NCBI GenBank assembly: GCA_965197905.1 | Contig: CBDAOB010000005.1 | Span: 2,368,001 to 2,432,000 of the forward strand | Direction: 5' to 3' | Length of the DNA stretch: 64,000 bases | From: Candidatus Latescibacterota bacterium | GTDB taxonomy: Bacteria > Latescibacterota > UBA2968 > UBA8231 | Shown: positions 59,008-64,000 of the stretch, in pieces | Layout: each line of letters starts with the position of its first letter | Position numbering within the stretch: position 1 is the stretch's first letter | The notes under the pieces: generated by a model | Seen by the model: the letters and a program-made list of their open reading frames with translations, nothing else | Database searches by the model: none | What the model was told of the DNA's origin: nothing | Program-made: the position numbers and the translations under genes

Positions 59008-59949
59008 CTATTCGACGTCGTAATCCATGGCGCAGCGAAAACCGATGTACTCCTGTGAGGTGGCCGACATGGCGAAATGGCGCGCAACAGATCTGATATC
59101 CATCCTGTTGCCCTGGAATCCGCCACCGCGATACACCTTGCGGTTGCCGCTCGGAGGGCCTTGCGGATCGAGATCTGTGCTTGACTGGTAATACTGATCG
59201 TCATACCAGTCGTTTACCCACTCTCCGACGTTGCCGCACATGTCCCACGCCCCTGACGCGGCCTGGCCGCGAGGGAATTTGTCGATGTCTGTAGTCTTGC
59301 CGTCTGGATTGTCATAGTTCGCACAATCGGGATTACAGGTTCGCCCCCAGGGGTAGTCGAATGTTTGGTCGCCTCGCGCCGCCCACTCCCATTCAGCTTC
59401 TGTCGGCAGACGTTTGCCGATCCAATCGGCGTACGCTTTGGCGTCTTCCCAGGAGACGTTTACCACCGGATGGCTAGCGCGGCGCGCCTCGGGAAAGGTA
59501 CGATTCCTCCAGTGAACCGGTACGCGATGATCCGTCGCGTCGACAAAATCCTTGTACTGTAGATTGGTGACCTCGAACCGGTCGAGGTAGAATTGGGTGA
59601 TGGTAACCTTGTGTTCCGGCTGCTCATCGATGTGACCAGAGGTGGCTGAGCCCATCTCGAAGGTACCACCCGCTACGAGGATCATCTCTTTCGTATTGAG
59701 CTCCTCCTGCAGCCCGACGCGCTTCTCCTCAAGTTCCTCGATTTCCTTGCTCATCGAGGCGATGGATTGTTGGATATCCTGAGTATTCGTCTCCGATTGG
59801 CTGATCTTGTCGGAGTAGCCCTCCTTGCGGGAGCTCACCGAGTCTATCCCTGGCGCCATCCGGGCGAGTTTCTTGCGGTAGTCGATGAGCTGATGAATCC
59901 AGATGAAGGTGCAGATAATTATGATGAACGCATATGTCCAGTCACCCAT
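59008..59949 (-). CDS. FGE-sulfatase (SUMF1) domain protein with N-terminal TM-coiled coil (family copy C)
   Basis: GGTFEMGS, EQPEH, FEVTN, PVVNVSW, RLPTEAEWE.AARG, DMCGNVGEW, RGGGF, IGFRC; ATG 59949. Confidence 0.88.
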   Translation of the reverse strand: MGDWTYAFIIIICTFIWIHQLIDYRKKLARMAPGIDSVSSRKEGYSDKISQSETNTQDIQQSIASMSKEIEELEEKRVGLQEELNTKEMILVAGGTFEMGSATSGHIDEQPEHKVTITQFYLDRFEVTNLQYKDFVDATDHRVPVHWRNRTFPEARRASHPVVNVSWEDAKAYADWIGKRLPTEAEWEWAARGDQTFDYPWGRTCNPDCANYDNPDGKTTDIDKFPRGQAASGAWDMCGNVGEWVNDWYDDQYYQSSTDLDPQGPPSGNRKVYRGGGFQGNRMDIRSVARHFAMSATSQEYIGFRCAMDYDVE

Positions 59950-60050
59950 GATTGGCGTTTCCCTGCTTGACGGTTGTTCTACCCAGGCGGATATTTCGTG
60001 TGATCCCGTTCCGCCGTTCCTAGCCAGCCCAAGATAACCGAAACCCGACA

Positions 60051-62153
60051 ATGCTGAAGAGACTTGCTGTTCTCATCGCCGTCCTCGGAGCAACCTATTT
60101 GTTGCTCTTCCTGGGGACCTATCTGGCTTTCAACGACAATCTACCCGACATCGACGATTGGAGTTTTCAGCCGAAGCGGATCACCAAGGTGTATTCGGCA
60201 GACGGCCAGCACCTCAAGGATTTTCTCGAGGAGAACCGGGAAATCCTGACTTACGACGAGATTCCGAAGTCGATGCGCAGCGCCCTCATCGCCACGGAGG
60301 ACCAGCGATTCTTTTCCCACTGGGGAATCGACATTCGAAGAATCTTCGGAGCCACATTCGCCAACGTCAAATCGCTTAATATGACAGCTCAAGGAGCCAG
60401 TACGATTACCCAACAACTGGCTCGCAACTTGTTTACGAAGGTTGGTCGCCAGAGAGGAAGCGAGTCGCTGGATGCTGTGCGAGCCGGCTACGCCCGCAAG
60501 ATGCGTGAGCAGATTACGGCGGTTAACATCGAGCGCCGGTACACGAAACGCGAAATCCTGACGATGTACCTCAACACCGTGTACTTCGGCCACGGGTGTT
60601 ACGGCTTGAAATCTGCCGCCCGATATTATTTTGACAAAAATGTGAAGAATCTGCAAGTCGAAGAATCCGCCCTTTTGGTCGGCCTCCTGAAGGCGCCAGC
60701 AACCTACAGTCCTATACGCAATCCGCATCGAGCCACTAAGCGCCGCAATCAGGTCCTGCTCAATATGACGAAGATTGGCAGGTTGTCGCGCACAACTTAT
60801 ACACGGCTCAAAGGAAGGGAGATTCGGCTGCGGAGAAGACGTCTTGCCGAGACCTACGGTCTGGCTCCCTACTTTGTCGAACACATTCGCCAACGGCTGA
60901 ACCGGCAATTCGGCTCCTCCCTCTATCGAGACGGATTCACGGTACACACAACCTTGAACTCGCAGCTGCAGAGAATCGCGGAAAGATATTTTGAAATCGA
61001 GATCGGAAAAGTGCAGGCGCGGGTCGACCAATACCTGGCAGAGCAGGATTCGACCTCCGCCGCGGTCGACTCCAACGCCATCGTACAGGCGGCGTTCGTG
61101 GCGATGGACCCTGGTACGGGGCGGGTTTTGGCGATGATCGGCGGCCGCAATTTCGAGGAAAGCAAGTTCAACCGCGCCACGCAGGCTAAACGGTTGCCCG
61201 GTTCATCGTTCAAACCCTTCGTGTTTACCGCTGCCATCGACAACGGTCGGTTTCCCATCGATATATTGGACGACAACGCCGTCACTATATGGGAAAGGGA
61301 TGGCGAGCTTTGGGACCCGGAGAATTACGATCGGAAATTCAAAGGCCCCATGACGTTAAGGGAAGCGTTCAAGCAATCCCGCAACCTCATCGCCATCAAG
61401 CTGGCGCAAGAGATCGGACCCGGCCTCATCAAGAACTACGCCCGACATATGGGAATAACCACTAGAATTAGCGCCGTTCCTACCATTGGAATCGGTACCA
61501 GCGCTGTCCACCTATTGGATCTCGTCGCGGCGTACTGCGTTTTTCCCAACAAAGGTGTCTATGTCGAGCCGGTCGTGACCGCCCGTGTGGAGGACTGGGA
61601 GGGAAACAGGGTTTTCGAGCGCGCCGCGGGACGAAAACGCGAGGTTCTGCGACCTGCGGCTGCCATCGTCATGACGGACATGTTGCGTTCCGTCATCGAC
61701 GAACGGGGCGGCACCGGCCACCGGATTCGATCGGGCTACCGCTTCAAACCGGCCGCCGCAGGCAAAACCGGGACCACCAACGACTATGCAGACGCCTGGT
61801 TTATCGGATTCACCCCACACATAGTAGCGGGGGTGTGGGTGGGAATGGACGATCAGAGTCTGGCGTTGTGGCCGAAACAGGCCGGATCCGTGGCAGCGTT
61901 GCCGCTCTGGGTGCAATTCATGAAAGAGGTTTACTCGGAGGTAGATTACTACAAGGAGCGCGCCGACGAAACGTTCGACTATCCGGAGGAGTTAGTCGTT
62001 CGCCTGGCGGTCTGCAACGTTACCCACAAAATCGCCACGAGGTACTGTCCCGATCAGGCCGAAGATCTGTTCATCAAGAACGAACCGGTACCAAGCGGTT
62101 GCGTATTGCACAGTTCCGCCCGCAGCCACAACGGTCGGATCCAGCGCTTTTGA
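60051..62153 (+). CDS. mrcA: class A penicillin-binding protein PBP1A
   Basis: EDQRFFSHWG, QGASTITQQL, YLNTVYFG, PGSSFKP (SxxK), SRN, GKTGT. Confidence 0.92.
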   Translation: MLKRLAVLIAVLGATYLLLFLGTYLAFNDNLPDIDDWSFQPKRITKVYSADGQHLKDFLEENREILTYDEIPKSMRSALIATEDQRFFSHWGIDIRRIFGATFANVKSLNMTAQGASTITQQLARNLFTKVGRQRGSESLDAVRAGYARKMREQITAVNIERRYTKREILTMYLNTVYFGHGCYGLKSAARYYFDKNVKNLQVEESALLVGLLKAPATYSPIRNPHRATKRRNQVLLNMTKIGRLSRTTYTRLKGREIRLRRRRLAETYGLAPYFVEHIRQRLNRQFGSSLYRDGFTVHTTLNSQLQRIAERYFEIEIGKVQARVDQYLAEQDSTSAAVDSNAIVQAAFVAMDPGTGRVLAMIGGRNFEESKFNRATQAKRLPGSSFKPFVFTAAIDNGRFPIDILDDNAVTIWERDGELWDPENYDRKFKGPMTLREAFKQSRNLIAIKLAQEIGPGLIKNYARHMGITTRISAVPTIGIGTSAVHLLDLVAAYCVFPNKGVYVEPVVTARVEDWEGNRVFERAAGRKREVLRPAAAIVMTDMLRSVIDERGGTGHRIRSGYRFKPAAAGKTGTTNDYADAWFIGFTPHIVAGVWVGMDDQSLALWPKQAGSVAALPLWVQFMKEVYSEVDYYKERADETFDYPEELVVRLAVCNVTHKIATRYCPDQAEDLFIKNEPVPSGCVLHSSARSHNGRIQRF

Positions 62154-62240
62154 CGTTTCGATTCATCGTTTGGGAGGCAGCGACAGGAAATCGTCGCCGG
62201 TGGCGGGCTAAAATCCGCGGCGCCGAGGTGTGGTAGGGCC

Positions 62241-62549
62241 CTACTCTTCCAGCTTGAATTTAGTGGGCTTTCGGCGGCGCTCGCGCTGCCGGTATTCCTC
62301 TACCTTCTTGCCGGTCTCGGCGAGTTCCTTCTCCATCTCGCTGATCTCTTTCTGCAACGCCTCGACCGTTTCTTTGGTCGTGTTGGCGGCAGTTTCTTCG
62401 GTCTCGATTTTCATCTCGCATTGCCGGATTTCCTGCCGCGCGAGATCCGCCTTCGGTTTCAAGGCGGACGAGGAATTGAGGTAATCCACGATTATCCACA
62501 CCAGGAAACCACCCGCGCCCAGCGCTATTGTAACATACACCCAGGCCAT
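62241..62549 (-). CDS. membrane-anchored coiled-coil hypothetical protein (family copy B)
   Basis: TM + coiled coil; gapless match to 3898..4215. Confidence 0.75.
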   Translation of the reverse strand: MAWVYVTIALGAGGFLVWIIVDYLNSSSALKPKADLARQEIRQCEMKIETEETAANTTKETVEALQKEISEMEKELAETGKKVEEYRQRERRRKPTKFKLEE

Positions 62550-62560
62550 TCTTCACCCGT

Positions 62561-63139
62561 TCATGGAGAGAGATCCCGCAGGATCTTCGTAATGCGCGCC
62601 GCGTATTCGGCGTTCATAAACCCCATTATCTTTGCCATCTTCGCTGGTTGCAAATTTCTCAAAAGCATGGCGACGGTGGTATCCGGAAGCTCCGCTTCCT
62701 GCTGCAATATTTCAGCCGCCGCCGCCGGTTTGAGCTGATTGTAAAACTTCGCCAGCTCCTTTATGCTCTCGGCCTGCCGGGCCTGCATCGTGCTATCTTC
62801 GATGAGTCCCAACTCTTGCTGCAACTGGAGGAGGCTATCCTCCTTGGAGCTGATCTTGGCTTTCTCGATTGCAAGGCTGTCTTTGACGGTTTCCGTTTCC
62901 ACCGTCTGCGCCTCATAGTACTCGCGATATTCGTCCGCCAACGCGAATACGTCCTGCAATCTGTCTTCCTTCAGACGAAATTCTTGGGCGAGTCGGGTCG
63001 AATCCCTGGTCCCCAGCAGCATATCGCGCAAATCGGCTGGTTTGCGAACCGTTTCGGTAAAAAAGAGCATCGCAACCAGCGCTGCCGTGAATGAAACGAA
63101 CATCCCGACTATGAGCAGAGGCACCAGGAGAAACTTCAC
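62561..63139 (-). CDS. MotE/FlbB-like membrane protein (MgtE N-terminal-like domain)
   Basis: TM, coiled coil, LAKFYNQLKPAAAAEIL...LLRNL...AKIMGFM..EYAARIT. Confidence 0.7.
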   Translation of the reverse strand: MKFLLVPLLIVGMFVSFTAALVAMLFFTETVRKPADLRDMLLGTRDSTRLAQEFRLKEDRLQDVFALADEYREYYEAQTVETETVKDSLAIEKAKISSKEDSLLQLQQELGLIEDSTMQARQAESIKELAKFYNQLKPAAAAEILQQEAELPDTTVAMLLRNLQPAKMAKIMGFMNAEYAARITKILRDLSP

Positions 63140-63178
63140 TCGTTCATCTCACAACAGAGTCGGGCGTCGAAAAACTCC

Positions 63179-63913
63179 TCAAAGTATGAAGAAAATGTAA
63201 AACAACCCGCTGACCAGTGCGGTGGACAATCCGAACTCCACGATCCTATTATCAACCGGAACAGACGTCTGGTCAACAAGAGCACTGCTTGCCAGCTCTG
63301 CAGATCCCTCTCCGAATGGCCCGGCTTCCATTCGTAGATCCCTGCTACGAGCCCAGCCAATGCTTCCGTTCTGACTCTCCAGACGCAGAAAAATGGCACC
63401 TCGAGCGACGCGGCGCACGCCGCGACCAAAGACAAGCCATTTCGGCTTTTGAGGTTCATATACCACCTGTGGATCGACCATGCGGTAGTACAACCTCCAC
63501 ACCCCCTCATTTCGCTCAGGTCGCTTCAATACAACCGGGATGTGGCGACGCAGGGCCTCCCGTGCAAGTGCATCTTCGGCAATCCAATTCCGAGCCTGGC
63601 GCTCGTCCGGCAATAGCACGATCCCCTTCCCCGCCTGGTCCGGAAGCTCGTCTAATAGCTCGCTCACAACCCCATGGACAGCACGGCTGAAGAGCTGCAA
63701 GTCGGTGAGGCCACTCCCGGTACGCGCGTCAACCTCGGCGGATTTCGAGTTCGCCCAAGCGCCGCCGGCTACTCCGGATATTGCCAGCCAAAGGCCAAGA
63801 ACGATACCTGTCAGTTTCGCCAACTTCAGGTCCAAAAAACATTGTTTTTCAGCTTCGATAATCTGCCGAAACTGTATAAGCCACTTACACTTGCAACAGT
63901 CGAACCTTAACAC
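63179..63913 (-). CDS. hypothetical exported protein with C-terminal hydrophobic anchor
   Basis: Signal-like segment LTGIVLGLWLAISGVAGGAWA and C-terminal IVEFGLSTALVSGLFYIFFIL. The true start is probably near 63830. Confidence 0.6.
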   Translation of the reverse strand: MLRFDCCKCKWLIQFRQIIEAEKQCFLDLKLAKLTGIVLGLWLAISGVAGGAWANSKSAEVDARTGSGLTDLQLFSRAVHGVVSELLDELPDQAGKGIVLLPDERQARNWIAEDALAREALRRHIPVVLKRPERNEGVWRLYYRMVDPQVVYEPQKPKWLVFGRGVRRVARGAIFLRLESQNGSIGWARSRDLRMEAGPFGEGSAELASSALVDQTSVPVDNRIVEFGLSTALVSGLFYIFFIL

Positions 63914-63932
63914 AAATCCCCCTAGCTGTCAA
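63904..63932 (-). promoter_or_regulatory. sigma70-type promoter
   Basis: TTGACA-N17-TAAGGT on the minus strand. Confidence 0.45.
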
Positions 63933-64000
63933 GGCATTTCTGGCCTTGATTGCCCCCGTTTTGTCGGTGTTGCAAGGACCTGTCTTGACTTGGCTTTAGA

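Overview
This is a gene-dense, fairly GC-rich bacterial chromosomal segment. It probably comes from the FCB superphylum, possibly Latescibacterota. That placement is inferred from a secreted protein with a 'NYPNPFN...ASGVYF' C-terminal domain, the rsmB-PASTA-rpe synteny and a DUF3098-like gene after rplS. Housekeeping genes include recJ, an apgM-type mutase, rsmB, rpe, ffh-rpsP-rimM-trmD-rplS, metG, a divergent uvrA, PBP1A, amtB-glnK and tRNA-Gly(GCC). The most striking region is about 37.4-55.6 kb. It holds a TetR-associated two-gene ATP/[4Fe-4S] activase-reductase pair with the architecture of bacterial plasmalogen/ether-lipid enzymes (PlsA/PlsR, Ger), preceded by a perfect 20-bp palindrome. 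On both sides lie cytidylyltransferase + CDP-alcohol phosphotransferase modules. The right module continues into flippase-like, TolC, MlaC-DUF3047 fusion, MlaC and MMPL genes, so this is a candidate integrated ether-lipid synthesis, head-group and export system. Other observations: a three-member membrane-anchored coiled-coil family that aligns without gaps and sits near peptidoglycan genes; a lipoprotein + active and Cys-less L,D-transpeptidase operon; a 168-bp self-complementary element (MITE or 6S-like RNA); a TsdA/SoxA-like dihaem cytochrome; an amtB-glnK-purF-like operon with paired operator-like sites; a frameshifted response regulator; and recurring TTG(A/C)NN-N17/18-TATATT promoters. 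No CRISPR array, rRNA, integrase or transposase was seen. All family calls are by motif recognition only; no searches were run.
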